Positions 40,490-53,581 are shown, counted from the first letter of the stretch. The stretch: DNA of 64,000 nt from an uncultured Treponema sp. (GCA_905236565.1 CAJORB010000043.1:9971-73970); one strand, 5' to 3'. Notes: a model not told the origin generated them from the letters alone. Numbers and translations: made by a program.

Positions 40490-43400
40490 TTATACAACCG
40501 GCGGAACCATCTCTGGTTTAACAGGCTCAGGGTCTGCAAAAACATTTGCGCCTTCTGCAAGCTTTACCTGCGGTTTTACAAGTTCAATTTTAGCACCTCG
40601 ACCTTTGCCGGTGCGCACTTCTATCATTCCATCTTTGTTTTCATCAGGATGTCTTCCTGCTGGTGCATTCGAAAGAAGAAGCTTGAGTCTGTTCAGCTGG
40701 TTAACTTCTGAACTTCCCGGATCGTAGTCAATTGCACTGATATTACTTTCCGGATAACGTCTTCGAAGTTCTTTTATCATTCCCTTTCCGGTTACATGGT
40801 TAGGAAGACATGCAAACGGCTGAACACACGCGATACTCGGAACTCCGGAATGAATGAGCTCAACCATTTCTGCTGTAAGGAACCATCCTTCGCCTGTAAT
40901 ATTTCCAAGCTGAACAATATCATCAACCGAATCCATCATCTTATAAATCGAATTAGGTGATTCAAAACGATGAGACTTGTTAAGATATTTTTTCATCTTG
41001 TTGCGGTACAACTCTAAGAACCATACAAAAAGTTTTGCATTGCGTTCAGTCTTTTTAGGGAACGCAAGCTCTTCATGTCTGAAAATTCCTGTACTGAATG
41101 AATAGAAGAAGAAGTCTGCAAGATCAGGCATGACACACTCTGCGCCTTCTGCTTCGATTGTCTCAACGATTCTGTTGTTCGCAGTCGGATGGAACTTAAC
41201 TAAGATTTCTCCGACAACTCCGACGCGCGGCTTTTTAACAGGAAGAAGCGCAAGATTATCAAAATCGCGGATAATATCTTTTAAAAGTTTATGATACTTT
41301 CTTATCGAAAGAGATTTAATTGCAACCTGCGCTCTTCCGTTCCATTTTTCGTAAAGAGCATTTGCACTTCCAGGAACAGCTTCGTATGGGCGCGTCCTGT
41401 ACAGAAGGCGCATCAAAAGGTCGCCTGTCATAATTGCCATCAAAGCCCTGTGAATCAACGGAAGAGTAAATTTAAAGCCCGGATTTTTTTCAAAGCCCTG
41501 TGCACTTAAAGAAATTACAGGAATGTGTCCCCATCCTGCATCGTTTAATGCACGGCGGATAAATCCGATATAGTTTGTTGCACGACAACCACCGCCAGTC
41601 TGTGTAATTACAAGCGACGTATTATTTAAATCATATTTTCCAGATTCAAGAGCTGCAATCATCTGACCTGCGACAAGAATCGATGGATAACATGCATCGT
41701 TATTTACATACTTAAGTCCTGTTTCTACAGCTTTAGGGTCTACAGCATCAAGAATCACAAAATTATATCCCGAGTACTGGAACGCTTTCTGAAGAATTGC
41801 AAAATGAATCGGTGACATCTGCGGACCGATAATCGTATGCTTATACTTCATTTCTTTTGTAAATACCTGACGGTTGTAAGCGCTTGTCTTTACATCATAT
41901 TTTTTATGATTGCGTTCGCGCTCTTTAACTGCAGCAATAAGACTTCGAATACGAATTCGAACCGCACCAAGATTACTTCCTTCATCAATCTTGATGAGAG
42001 TATACATGCGGCCCTTTGACTTCATGATTTCATCAACCTGGTCTGCAGTAACAGCATCAAGTCCGCATCCAAAACTTGTAAGCTGAACAAGTTCAAGATT
42101 AGGCATACCGGATACAAATGATGCAGCTCTGTAAAGACGGTTGTGATATACCCACTGGTCAATGATACGAAGAGGTCTTTCAATAGAACCAAGATGCGCA
42201 ATAGAATCTTCTGTAAATACTGCAAGACCAAGTCCATTAATCATCTCAGGAATTCCGTGATTGATTTCCGGATCAAGATGATAAGGACGACCTGCAAGAA
42301 CGATTCCGTTTACACCGTTAGTAATGATTTTTTCAAGAGCTTCTTCTCCTGCGCCCTTTACATCCTCACGGAATTTTTCTTCTTCTGCCCAACCTGCTTC
42401 TACAGCATCCATTACCATTTCAAAAGTAATTGTCGGGAAGTGCGGATGAAGTTCTTCAAACAATCTGTAACCAAGACGTTTTTTATCATAAATAGGCAGG
42501 AACGGATTCATATAAAGAATGTTCGGATCCTGTCTTAAAGCATCAATGTTATTGCGCAAAACTTCTGGATAACTTGTTACGATAGGACAGTTATAATGAT
42601 TTCCTGCTCCACTGTCTTCCTGTTTTTCATAAGGCGCACAAGGATAGAAAATAAATTTAATTCCAAGCTGCAAAAGAGATTCGATGTGTCCGTGAGAAAT
42701 TTTTCCAGGATAACAAACTGACTCTGACGGAATTGACTCAAGTCCCTTTTCGTAAACGCTTCGAGTTGAACGTGGAGAAAGACGAACACGGAATCCGAGC
42801 TTTGTAAAAATCGTAAACCACATCGGATAATTTTCATACATGTTCAGGATGCGAGGGATTCCGACTTCTCCAAACGGAGCTTCTTCTGGTTTAAGCGGAA
42901 TATAATTAAATACTCTTTTATATTTCCATGCAAAAAGATTTGGTACTTCATCTTTTTCATCGATTTTAATGTTTGTATTTTCTTTGTTGCTTGCATCGAT
43001 GATATTTTTATCGCCTGCCCATTCAAGACCGCGTTCACATCTGTTACCGGTAACGAATGTTCTTGCTGTTTTCTTTCCTTCTTTATCTGTTGCAGTAAAT
43101 GTGTTGATTGTAAGAAGACAATTGTTCTGACATTTTCCACATCTCTTAAGCTCAAGATCAACGTGAAAGTTTTCAAGTTCTTCAACAGTTGCAATCTTAG
43201 ATCTTACATCATGAACAGTTCCTTCTGGTTCCCCAGGTTTTGGAGTCATTAAATCTATCCACTGATCAGTTGCAATTAAAGCAGAACCGTATGCACCCAT
43301 AAGACCTGCAACATCAGGACGGAATACATTTACGCCCGCAATTTTTTCGAACGCACGAAGAACTGCATCATTAAAGAATGTTCCACCCTGAACAACAACC

Positions 43401-45094
43401 TTAGTTCCTATGTCACTTGCTTTTCTAAGTTTAATAACTTTAAACAAAGCATTTTTAATTACAGAATAAGAAAGACCAGCAGAAATATCTGCAACAGTTG
43501 CACCTTCTTTCTGTGCCTGCTTAACGCGGCTGTTCATAAATACAGTACAGCGGCTTCCGAGATCTACAGGCTTTTCTGCCATAAGCGCAATCTGAGAGAA
43601 TTCTTTTACATCCATTCCCATCGTGCGCGCAAAGTTATCAAGGAACGAACCACATCCGGATGAACAAGCTTCATTAAGCTGAATCGACACAATCGCGCCG
43701 TCTTTCATTCTAAGACACTTCATGTCCTGTCCGCCGATATCAAGTAAGAACTCGACACCAGGAACAAAGAAATCTGCTGCCCTGAAGTGTGTAATAGTTT
43801 CTACTTCACCGGCGTCCACTCCGAGTGCTGCCTGGAACAATGCTTCGCCGTAACCTGTAGAGACGGCGCGTGCAATGTACACGTCTTTCGGAAGACGCGC
43901 ATAAAGTTCCTTTAACATTTTAACTGCGATATCAACAGGATTACCTGCATTGTGTGTATAATAATTCCATAAAATTCTTCCGTTGCGGTCAGTCAATACA
44001 GCCTTTGTAGTTGTCGAGCCGGAATCAAGTCCTAAGAATACAGGACCTTTTGCTTCGTCAAGGTTTCCGCGAAGGGCAACTTCTGATGCGTGACGTTTTC
44101 TAAACTCATCAAGTTCACTCTGACTTGTAAAAAGAGGTTCAAGACGCTGAACTTCTGATAGTTCTGCTCCTACAAGCTTTGTTAAACTTTCACGAAATTC
44201 TTTTATCGTAGGAAACGGAATTTCCTTACTGTCTGCAGTACAATAATTTTTTCTTTCTGCCGAGTAGGCGGCGCCCGTCGCAACAAAAAGCTGCGAGTTA
44301 TCAGGCACAATTATTTCATCATCTTTTAATTTTAAAGTTTCTATAAATCTGTGACGAAGCTGATCCATAAAGTGTAATGGACCGCCTAAGAATGCAACAT
44401 GACCGCGAATCGGTTTACCGCATGCAAGACCAGAAATCGTCTGGCTTACAACTGCCTGATAAATCGAAGCTGCAATATCTTCGCGACGGGCGCCTTCGTT
44501 GATTAACGGCTGAACGTCTGTTTTTGCAAATACACCACAGCGCGCTGCAATCGGATAAATAGTAGTTGCACCTTTTGCAAGTTCATTAAGGCCGTTTGCA
44601 TCTGTTTCAAGAAGAGCAGCCATCTGATCGATAAATGCACCGGTTCCTCCGGCACAAGTTCCGTTCATGCGCTGTTCAACTCCACCTTTAAAATATGTGA
44701 TCTTAGCGTCTTCGCCACCAAGCTCGATTACTACATCTGTCTGCGGAATTATTTTACGAACTGCAGTTGTTGCTGCAATTACTTCCTGTATAAACGGAAC
44801 AGAAAGCCACTGCGAAACTGCAAGTCCTCCTGAACCTGTAACTTTAACTGATACAGTCTGGCTTTCGCCTTCTGGAAGTTTTTTCTCAAGATCATCAAGC
44901 GCATCCGTTACAACTTTTATAATCGTACTTCTGATATCTGCACGATGACGCACATAGGCACTGTATAAAAGTTCATCTTTATCGCTTAACGCTGCAACTT
45001 TTACAGTAGTTGAACCGACATCAATACCAAAACGAATCGGCTCTATAACTTTTTTATATGAAAATGAATTATTCTGTTCTAAATTATCAGGCAT
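40490..45094 (-). CDS. 2-hydroxyacyl-CoA dehydratase activator-related multidomain protein (2x BadF/BcrAD ATPase + DUF2229-like)
   Basis: GIDVGSTTVK, CAGGTG, CGVF, GLDSGSTTTK, CSSGCGS, SFGCG, QPFACLPNH. Confidence 0.88.
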   Translation of the reverse strand: MPDNLEQNNSFSYKKVIEPIRFGIDVGSTTVKVAALSDKDELLYSAYVRHRADIRSTIIKVVTDALDDLEKKLPEGESQTVSVKVTGSGGLAVSQWLSVPFIQEVIAATTAVRKIIPQTDVVIELGGEDAKITYFKGGVEQRMNGTCAGGTGAFIDQMAALLETDANGLNELAKGATTIYPIAARCGVFAKTDVQPLINEGARREDIAASIYQAVVSQTISGLACGKPIRGHVAFLGGPLHFMDQLRHRFIETLKLKDDEIIVPDNSQLFVATGAAYSAERKNYCTADSKEIPFPTIKEFRESLTKLVGAELSEVQRLEPLFTSQSELDEFRKRHASEVALRGNLDEAKGPVFLGLDSGSTTTKAVLTDRNGRILWNYYTHNAGNPVDIAVKMLKELYARLPKDVYIARAVSTGYGEALFQAALGVDAGEVETITHFRAADFFVPGVEFLLDIGGQDMKCLRMKDGAIVSIQLNEACSSGCGSFLDNFARTMGMDVKEFSQIALMAEKPVDLGSRCTVFMNSRVKQAQKEGATVADISAGLSYSVIKNALFKVIKLRKASDIGTKVVVQGGTFFNDAVLRAFEKIAGVNVFRPDVAGLMGAYGSALIATDQWIDLMTPKPGEPEGTVHDVRSKIATVEELENFHVDLELKRCGKCQNNCLLTINTFTATDKEGKKTARTFVTGNRCERGLEWAGDKNIIDASNKENTNIKIDEKDEVPNLFAWKYKRVFNYIPLKPEEAPFGEVGIPRILNMYENYPMWFTIFTKLGFRVRLSPRSTRSVYEKGLESIPSESVCYPGKISHGHIESLLQLGIKFIFYPCAPYEKQEDSGAGNHYNCPIVTSYPEVLRNNIDALRQDPNILYMNPFLPIYDKKRLGYRLFEELHPHFPTITFEMVMDAVEAGWAEEEKFREDVKGAGEEALEKIITNGVNGIVLAGRPYHLDPEINHGIPEMINGLGLAVFTEDSIAHLGSIERPLRIIDQWVYHNRLYRAASFVSGMPNLELVQLTSFGCGLDAVTADQVDEIMKSKGRMYTLIKIDEGSNLGAVRIRIRSLIAAVKERERNHKKYDVKTSAYNRQVFTKEMKYKHTIIGPQMSPIHFAILQKAFQYSGYNFVILDAVDPKAVETGLKYVNNDACYPSILVAGQMIAALESGKYDLNNTSLVITQTGGGCRATNYIGFIRRALNDAGWGHIPVISLSAQGFEKNPGFKFTLPLIHRALMAIMTGDLLMRLLYRTRPYEAVPGSANALYEKWNGRAQVAIKSLSIRKYHKLLKDIIRDFDNLALLPVKKPRVGVVGEILVKFHPTANNRIVETIEAEGAECVMPDLADFFFYSFSTGIFRHEELAFPKKTERNAKLFVWFLELYRNKMKKYLNKSHRFESPNSIYKMMDSVDDIVQLGNITGEGWFLTAEMVELIHSGVPSIACVQPFACLPNHVTGKGMIKELRRRYPESNISAIDYDPGSSEVNQLNRLKLLLSNAPAGRHPDENKDGMIEVRTGKGRGAKIELVKPQVKLAEGANVFADPEPVKPEMVPPVV

Positions 45095-45215
45095 AGTGTA
45101 TAAAATCCCTAAGTTTAAAATTACTTCCATATTATTGTAAAGGTAAAAAAGGAATTTTTCAACACTAAGAAAAAATAGTTGCTAAACTTTTGTATAGAAG
45201 AAATAAGATTTCTGT

Positions 45216-46391
45216 CTATTTAATTGCCCTTGCAATAACACCACCGCCGATGATTACGTTGTCCTTGTAAAGAACTGCGCTCTGTCCCGGAGCAACTGCC
45301 CTCTGCGGAGTTTCAAATTTTACAAGATACGGCTGTCCCTTATAATTAAATTCATCACCTGCTTCGATTTTGTAGCGCCTTATTTTTGCTTTAACCGGTT
45401 TGCTTGCAAGCCTGATTTTTACTTCGGCATCGATTTCGCCGTCCGGTTCGACATCGCCTGGCCATACAAAATCATCTGCAATAAGAGCGCTTGAGTTTAA
45501 AGCGTCATTCGGAGCAAGGACTACCACATTGTTTTTTGCGTCTATAGACTGAACATACACAGGATAGTTTACTGCAACTCCAAGACCGCGCCTCTGTCCT
45601 ACCGTATAATGCTCGATTCCGCGGTGCCGGCCGAGAACATGGCCGTCTAAATCTATTATGTCTCCCGGAACCGAAGGCTTGTCAGAAAAGAGCATGTCAA
45701 AATATTCTTCGCCGATAAAATCCTGACTTTCTTCACGGTTTGCAGCTTCGAGGCCGGCACGATGGGCAAGCTCGAAAACCTCGGACTTTTTCATCGACGC
45801 CAGAGGAAAGCGCACTTTTTCCAATACGTCAGAAGGTATCCTGTATAAAAAATAAGTCTGGTCTTTTGAAATATCAGCGGCCGTCGCAATCATGCATGGT
45901 TTTTTGTCACTCGAGAAAAGTGCGCTTTCCGGTCGCACAATCTTCGCGTAGTGTCCCGTGCAGAAAAAATCATATTTGATGTCGATTGATTTGATTCCGT
46001 CTAAAAGCGCGCCAAATTTTATATAACGGTTGCACTGGATGCACGGATTTGGTGTGCGACCTGATCTGTATTCAGCTTTAAAATACTCGAGGACTCTTTT
46101 TTTATATTCGTCTTTCACTTCGATGACGTGATATTCGATGTCATGTGTGGCGCAGAATTTTTTACATTCATCGATATTTTCTTCTTCGCCCGGACCGTAG
46201 CAGGCTTCCTTCATCGGCCTGTCACTTTTTATTTCGGGGATGCTGCCGTCCCAGAGTGACATAGTAACTCCGATTACGCGGCATCCCTTTTCTTTTAACA
46301 TGAGGGCTGTTAAAGTTGAATCTACTCCGCCAGACATTCCGACAACAACTGTGTCACCGGCCTTTGGCATTTCCTGTGCAATATAATCCAT
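45216..46391 (-). CDS. mnmA: tRNA-specific 2-thiouridylase
   Basis: MSGGVDS, TPNPCIQCN..IKFG, TGHYA, KDQTYFL, YTVGQRRGLG, APGQ. Confidence 0.96.
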   Translation of the reverse strand: MDYIAQEMPKAGDTVVVGMSGGVDSTLTALMLKEKGCRVIGVTMSLWDGSIPEIKSDRPMKEACYGPGEEENIDECKKFCATHDIEYHVIEVKDEYKKRVLEYFKAEYRSGRTPNPCIQCNRYIKFGALLDGIKSIDIKYDFFCTGHYAKIVRPESALFSSDKKPCMIATAADISKDQTYFLYRIPSDVLEKVRFPLASMKKSEVFELAHRAGLEAANREESQDFIGEEYFDMLFSDKPSVPGDIIDLDGHVLGRHRGIEHYTVGQRRGLGVAVNYPVYVQSIDAKNNVVVLAPNDALNSSALIADDFVWPGDVEPDGEIDAEVKIRLASKPVKAKIRRYKIEAGDEFNYKGQPYLVKFETPQRAVAPGQSAVLYKDNVIIGGGVIARAIK

Positions 46392-46435
46392 ATTTGCCTA
46401 TTGTAGCACAAGGTTAATTTAAGATTCAAGACGAA

Positions 46436-47506
46436 CTAAAGACTTCTGCAGATTCTAAATCCAAAGTAATGGTGTCCAATCCATGGGCGTGCATTGCTGA
46501 ATCGTTTTGTAACACAACATTCAAATGCAGGTTCAGACCATGAACCGCCGCGAAGAACACGGGCAGGGCCTGTTTTACCGCCTGAAGGGTTTACATTTTT
46601 TCCTGTAGCAACATCTGCATCATACCAGTCGTAAAGCCATTCCCATACGTTTCCTGACATATCATACAATCCGATTGAGTTTGGTTTTTTCATTCCGACT
46701 TCGTGACTAATCTCATCAGAATTTCCTTTATACCATCCGTAATCATCAAGATTGCTGTCTGCAAATACTACTGTCTTAAAATCGTTGATATATTTTTCGT
46801 TTTCTGTTTTTGTTCCGGCAAAAGTATCGTTCCATTCTGAACTCTGATACCGACCGCCGCGTGCAGCAAATTCCCACTCTGTCTCTGTAGGAAGTCTAAA
46901 TCCTTTTTTATCTTTTCCACATACAGGAATAACTCTTTTTTTACAATCTTCAATTGTATAAACATGTTTGCATGCTGAATCAGAATAATAAACGCAGTCT
47001 TTCTGCTTCATAAGCTCAAGTGTAAGCTTGTTGCAGAATGCAATTGCTTCGAACCATGAAACTGTTTCTACCGGACGCAGATCAGGATTTTCATCAGGAC
47101 ATTCAATCGTATACTTGCTTCCGAAATTCTGTCTGCTGAATCTTGACGGATTATTTCCCATAACTCTTTCGAAAAGTTCCTGAGTTACAGGGTATTTTGC
47201 CATAGCATAATTATTTAACTTGATTTTTCTTTTATTGATAAAGACACCGCGATAATCTTCTGAAACATCATCAGAAACAAATAAATTCCAGTTGGAATCA
47301 TCAGTTGTCTTGACTGTTACAGTATCATCATCCGGTAATATTACTATCTCTCCAGTCTTTAAATATTCGGCACCATCTAAAAGAAGGTTACCGTCAGGAG
47401 ATTTAGAAATATAAGAGACACTCTTTGCATTCCAGAAAAAGGTTGCAACCCAGGCAATTACTAAACAAACACTTCCGATAATGAGTTTAAGTTTTCGTTT
47501 ATCCAT
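46436..47506 (-). CDS. Membrane-anchored FGE-sulfatase (SUMF1/CLec-fold) domain protein
   Basis: PVETVSWFEAIAFCN, FRLPTETEWEFAARGG, GLYDMSGNVWEW, RVLRGGSW, GFR; start set at ATG 47506. Confidence 0.88.
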   Translation of the reverse strand: MDKRKLKLIIGSVCLVIAWVATFFWNAKSVSYISKSPDGNLLLDGAEYLKTGEIVILPDDDTVTVKTTDDSNWNLFVSDDVSEDYRGVFINKRKIKLNNYAMAKYPVTQELFERVMGNNPSRFSRQNFGSKYTIECPDENPDLRPVETVSWFEAIAFCNKLTLELMKQKDCVYYSDSACKHVYTIEDCKKRVIPVCGKDKKGFRLPTETEWEFAARGGRYQSSEWNDTFAGTKTENEKYINDFKTVVFADSNLDDYGWYKGNSDEISHEVGMKKPNSIGLYDMSGNVWEWLYDWYDADVATGKNVNPSGGKTGPARVLRGGSWSEPAFECCVTKRFSNARPWIGHHYFGFRICRSL

Positions 47507-47589
47507 ACCGCCATTATATTTTGTAATACCCGATTTGCAACTGTCGATATTGATATCGATTATGTTGATTTTAACAAGCAGCGGGGCAT

Positions 47590-47671
47590 AAAAAAGGCGC
47601 TCCGTTATGAAGCGCCTTTTTGGTTTATTATGCACATCATTTTATAGACGGCACTTGTGTCCGTCTATAAA
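47590..47671 (-). terminator. Two tandem hairpins downstream of groEL
   Basis: TTTATAGACGG-loop-CCGTCTATAAA (47641-47671) and AAAAAGGCGCT-loop-AGCGCCTTTTT (47591-47621). Confidence 0.75.
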
Positions 47672-49332
<1,661 letters not shown>

Positions 49333-49513
49333 TTATATAAAATATAGTAAAAATAATAATGAATGACAAGAAAAATCTTTAACACGCACGGCTGTTTTAG
49401 GCGATACATTTGTAGAGGCTTTGAGTAAATTCAGCATAAAAATATCAATATCACCCCGACAAAAGCATTGGTCGAAATTTGCAAAATCAGATTTCTAATT
49501 TATAATCAGAGTT

Positions 49514-50335
49514 ATGAAGAAATCCAGAAGAGTTTTATTTCTTATTCCGGCAGGCGTTTTACTCATCCTTGTTGTAGCGCAGATTTTTCTTTACAGAAGA
49601 AGACCGCTTGATTTGACTTTTGATACCGCATATTACATGACAGAAAAAATTTCATCTTACGGAAAATGGAATTATCAGAAAGATTATGCAGGCCACGAAA
49701 CATATTTATATATTCCGGACCAGTACAGATATGACAAACAGCGCGAAGATCCAAAGCTCCCTCTTATTGTTGTCTTTCATGGAAGCTGCGAACGAAGTGC
49801 AGGCTTAAGCCGTTATGGAAGAATTTTTATAAGCAATGAATTTCAAAAGCGAATGTCTCCTAATGGGGCGTGTGTTCTTGTTGTTCTTTCGCGCGTTGAA
49901 TATTTTACAGATCCTGCAAGTGTAAGTCTTTTGATTCAGAATGTTGTGTTAAAAAATAAATGTATCGACCCTACAAAAATTGCAGGCTATGGATTTTCTC
50001 AAGGTGCAAAATTTGTTGTTGAACTTGCATGCTATGAACCGCGTCTTTTTAAAGCAGTCATTTCTGGAAGCGGATTTTATCAGATGAAAGTAAGCGAGAT
50101 GATAAAGCTTCTTCCTGTTCAGTTTTATTTTGCAACTTCTAAAAACGATAAAGGAATTTATGAACAGGGAAGCCCGACCGGAAAGATGTGCGCACGCTGG
50201 TGCAAAAACTCACGCTATGTCGAATACGAAACACGCTACCACTTCTGGGTCGAGCTTTTTGATAAAACCGGAAGAAAAAACAAAGACGGAACTTACGAAA
50301 CGGCTTTAGACTGGATTGTCAGTGCATTGCAGTAA
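49514..50335 (+). CDS. Alpha/beta-hydrolase (esterase/peptidase-like), N-terminally anchored
   Basis: PLIVVFHG, nucleophile elbow GFSQG. Confidence 0.75.
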   Translation: MKKSRRVLFLIPAGVLLILVVAQIFLYRRRPLDLTFDTAYYMTEKISSYGKWNYQKDYAGHETYLYIPDQYRYDKQREDPKLPLIVVFHGSCERSAGLSRYGRIFISNEFQKRMSPNGACVLVVLSRVEYFTDPASVSLLIQNVVLKNKCIDPTKIAGYGFSQGAKFVVELACYEPRLFKAVISGSGFYQMKVSEMIKLLPVQFYFATSKNDKGIYEQGSPTGKMCARWCKNSRYVEYETRYHFWVELFDKTGRKNKDGTYETALDWIVSALQ

Positions 50336-50378
50336 TTTTTTTGTAGCGTATTTTAATTTATCAGATTATAATCAATTT

Positions 50379-50831
50379 ATGGAAAATGAAATCGTAATTT
50401 ACACAGACGGCGGATGCTCAGGGAACCCGGGGCCGGGTGGATGGGGCGTCGTAATTCTTGCCGACGAAAAAGAAATACGTCTTTCTGGCGGAGAAAAAAA
50501 TACAACAAACAATAAAATGGAATTAACCGCAGCAATCTCTGCACTCAATACGGTTTTAAATACACCTTCACTAAAAGACCGCCCTGTAAATCTTTACAGC
50601 GACAGTCAGTATGTTAAAAACGGAATCACTTCCTGGATTACAAACTGGAAAAAGAACGGCTGGCGAACAGCTGCAAAAAAGCCTGTTTTAAATCAGGACC
50701 TCTGGCAGAAACTCGACAGCCTTAACTCATCATTAAATGTCACATGGAACTGGGTTAAAGGCCACGCAGGAATCGAATACAACGAAATCTGCGACCAGCT
50801 ATGTCAGAAAGAAATTAATAATTACAGATAA
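50379..50831 (+). CDS. rnhA: Ribonuclease HI
   Basis: YTDGGCSGNPGPGGWG, TTNNKMEL, SDSQYV, WVKGHAG..NE.CD. Confidence 0.97.
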   Translation: MENEIVIYTDGGCSGNPGPGGWGVVILADEKEIRLSGGEKNTTNNKMELTAAISALNTVLNTPSLKDRPVNLYSDSQYVKNGITSWITNWKKNGWRTAAKKPVLNQDLWQKLDSLNSSLNVTWNWVKGHAGIEYNEICDQLCQKEINNYR

Positions 50832-52550
50832 TTATTTATTCTTCGCACACAAAGCTTCCGCACGCTTTAATGCATCATTGATATTGTCAAAAATATTTTC
50901 GCGACCGAGGTTATCTGCCATTCCTGTTTTTTCAAGAAGCATGTACGGCTGAGTATGGATTCCAGAAATTACGATTGTGATGCTCTTTCTGTCACACGCT
51001 GCCTTACACTGTTCGAGCGCACGGATTCCGCCTGCATCAAGATAAAGAGTATTTCTCATTCTTAAAACAAGTACATTACAGTCAGTGCCTGCACGTTCTG
51101 TTGCAAGTTCAAACTTTCTTACAGTTCCAAAAAAGAGCGGACCTTCGATTTCAAAAACGAGAGTGCCGTCCGGGATTATAAGATTTTCTGATGGCTGGTC
51201 TTTTTTAATTCCGCCTGTCATCAAAACTCTTTCATCCTGAACTTCTGAAAGATCAATCATCTTTTTGATAAAGAAGAATGCTGCAAAACCAAGACCAACT
51301 TCGATTGCGACAGTCAGATCAACAAACACTGTGATAAGGAATGTAACAAAGAAAACTGCAATGTCAGATTTCTGACCTTTAAGCAAAGCCCTTATCGCAG
51401 GAAAGCCAGCCATGTTCCATGAAACATTTATCAAAACTGCAGAGAGAGCTGCCATCGGAATAAACGAAGCATACTTACCTGCAAAAAGAAGAATCAAAAG
51501 CAAAGTTACAGCATGAATAATTCCGGCAACAGGAGTGCGTCCACCATTCTTGATGTTCGTTGCAGTACGGGCAATCGCACCAGTTGCAGGAATTCCGCCG
51601 AACAATGGAGAAGCAATGTTTGCAATTCCCTGTGCAATAAGCTCTGTGTTTGAATCATGTTTAGTTCCAATCATACCGTCAGCAACGACTGCACTTAAAA
51701 GAGATTCGATTGCAGCAAGGACTGCGATAGAAACTGCTGTCGGGAAAAGTGTTGTGATTGTTTTTAAACTTAATGCAGGAAGTTGCGGTACAGGAAGTGT
51801 AGACGGAATAATATAATGCGGCTGTCCGTTTGCAAAAGTTCCGATTGTATCTGTTTTAAGTCCGCATGTTTTTTCGAGCACAACCGAAACGATTGTTGCA
51901 AGAATGATCACAACAAAGCTTCCAGGAATTTTTTTAGAAAACTTTGGCCATATAAAAATAAATGCAAGACATACAGCTGCCATGATAAATGAATATAAAT
52001 TCATCGTACTGAATGAACGCGCATAAACAATTATCTTTGGTAAAAAATCTCCAGGCATTTTAGAATAAGTTTCTCCGAGAATCTGCATCGGAACACTAAA
52101 GTCCGGAACAAGACCAAAAAAATCTCCTATCTGTCCTGCAGCAATTGTTACAGCAACGCCTGCAGTAAATCCTGTTACGATTGTATATGGAATAAATTTA
52201 ACAAGCCCACCCATTTTAAAAACACCGAGCATGATAAGAAGAATACCAGCCATAACGGTTGCAGTTGCAAGCCCGCTCATTCCATACTGGCTTACGACAC
52301 CGTAAACGATAACAGCAAACGCTCCTGTCGGTCCACCAATCTGAACACGGCTTCCACCAAAAAATGAAATACAAAAACCTGCAATAATTGCAGTAAAAAT
52401 TCCTGCAGCAGGATTTACACCGGATGCAATACCAAAAGCAATCGCAAGCGGGAGTGCAACAATTCCTACAATGATTCCGGCGATAAGATCGCTTACAAAC
52501 TGTTTTGAATTATATTCTTTAATCGTGTTGAATAATTCAGGCTTGAACAT
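50832..52550 (-). CDS. SulP/SLC26 anion transporter with STAS domain
   Basis: DLIAGIIVGIVALPLAIAF, QIGGPTGAF, ESLLSAVVADG, GPLFFG. Confidence 0.93.
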   Translation of the reverse strand: MFKPELFNTIKEYNSKQFVSDLIAGIIVGIVALPLAIAFGIASGVNPAAGIFTAIIAGFCISFFGGSRVQIGGPTGAFAVIVYGVVSQYGMSGLATATVMAGILLIMLGVFKMGGLVKFIPYTIVTGFTAGVAVTIAAGQIGDFFGLVPDFSVPMQILGETYSKMPGDFLPKIIVYARSFSTMNLYSFIMAAVCLAFIFIWPKFSKKIPGSFVVIILATIVSVVLEKTCGLKTDTIGTFANGQPHYIIPSTLPVPQLPALSLKTITTLFPTAVSIAVLAAIESLLSAVVADGMIGTKHDSNTELIAQGIANIASPLFGGIPATGAIARTATNIKNGGRTPVAGIIHAVTLLLILLFAGKYASFIPMAALSAVLINVSWNMAGFPAIRALLKGQKSDIAVFFVTFLITVFVDLTVAIEVGLGFAAFFFIKKMIDLSEVQDERVLMTGGIKKDQPSENLIIPDGTLVFEIEGPLFFGTVRKFELATERAGTDCNVLVLRMRNTLYLDAGGIRALEQCKAACDRKSITIVISGIHTQPYMLLEKTGMADNLGRENIFDNINDALKRAEALCAKNK

Positions 52551-52603
52551 TTTTATAACTCCATTTAAAAGAATGCGCCGCCAAAAGCACATCCATGTTT
52601 TAT

Positions 52604-53581
52604 TTAATTTACTTTGTTTATTGTTTTGCCGTTTAAAAACGCGCGGAGGTTTTCGACTGCAATATCGAGCAGGCGTATTCGTGTTTCTTTAGCCGCCCAT
52701 GCCACATGCGGTGTTATGACGCAGTGCGGCGCATTTAAAAGCGGACAGTCTTTTGACATCGGTTCAACTGTAAGAACATCTGCAGCAAAACCCGATATCT
52801 CATTTTTAACAAGCGCGCTTCGCACAGCGTCTTCGTCTATTAAACCACCGCGCGCTGTGTTTATAAGAAGCGGATTTTTTTTCATTTTAGAAATCGTATC
52901 TGCATTGATTATCTTTGTATTTTCTTTTGTAAGCGGACAGTGAAGAGAAATGATATCACTTTCTGAAAGAAGTTCATCAAAAGAAACTTCCTTTACTTTT
53001 TCATCATCGCGCGCATTCTTATTGTATTCATCTATTTTAGAAGAAGAGCGCGTATGCACGATTACATTCATTCCAAAGCCCGACGCAATGCGTGCAACTC
53101 TCTGTCCGATTGAACCAAATCCTAAAAGCCCGATCGTCTTGTTATAAATTTCATTTAAAGGATGATTCCAGTAACAGAAATCAGGAGCAATAATCCAGTC
53201 ACCTTTCATTACAGAATCACTGTGTTCTTTTACACCGTTGTAAAATTCCATGATGAGTGCAAAAGTTTCCTGAGCTACTGCCATTGTACTGTAAGACGGA
53301 ATATTTGTAACAACGATACCGAGTTCACGCGCAGCTTCGATATCTACGACATTATAACCGGTTGCGAAAACTCCGATGTACTTAAGTTTTTTACACTGTT
53401 CAAGAAGCTCGCGCGAAAGGACAACTTTGTTAAGAAGAACAACTTCTGCATCTTTAATGCGTTCAAATGTTAAATCTGGGCTCGTGCGCGGATAGTAAGT
53501 TACGTTTCCAAATTCCTTAAAAACATCATAAGAAAGGTCACCTGGATTTAAAGCGTGACCGTCAAGGATAACTATATTCAT
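52604..53581 (-). CDS. D-2-hydroxyacid dehydrogenase (glycerate dehydrogenase-like)
   Basis: ATGYNVVD, GFGSIG, LHCPLT, INTARG, DVL..EP, TPHVAW. Confidence 0.92.
   Translation of the reverse strand: MNIVILDGHALNPGDLSYDVFKEFGNVTYYPRTSPDLTFERIKDAEVVLLNKVVLSRELLEQCKKLKYIGVFATGYNVVDIEAARELGIVVTNIPSYSTMAVAQETFALIMEFYNGVKEHSDSVMKGDWIIAPDFCYWNHPLNEIYNKTIGLLGFGSIGQRVARIASGFGMNVIVHTRSSSKIDEYNKNARDDEKVKEVSFDELLSESDIISLHCPLTKENTKIINADTISKMKKNPLLINTARGGLIDEDAVRSALVKNEISGFAADVLTVEPMSKDCPLLNAPHCVITPHVAWAAKETRIRLLDIAVENLRAFLNGKTINKVN

Noticed and set aside
46436-46570. FGE/CLec-domain C-terminus as a diversity-generating retroelement target (as for T. denticola TvpA)
   Set aside because: No reverse transcriptase, no template repeat and no downstream hairpin recognised in the window; a remote template cannot be excluded without a genome search.
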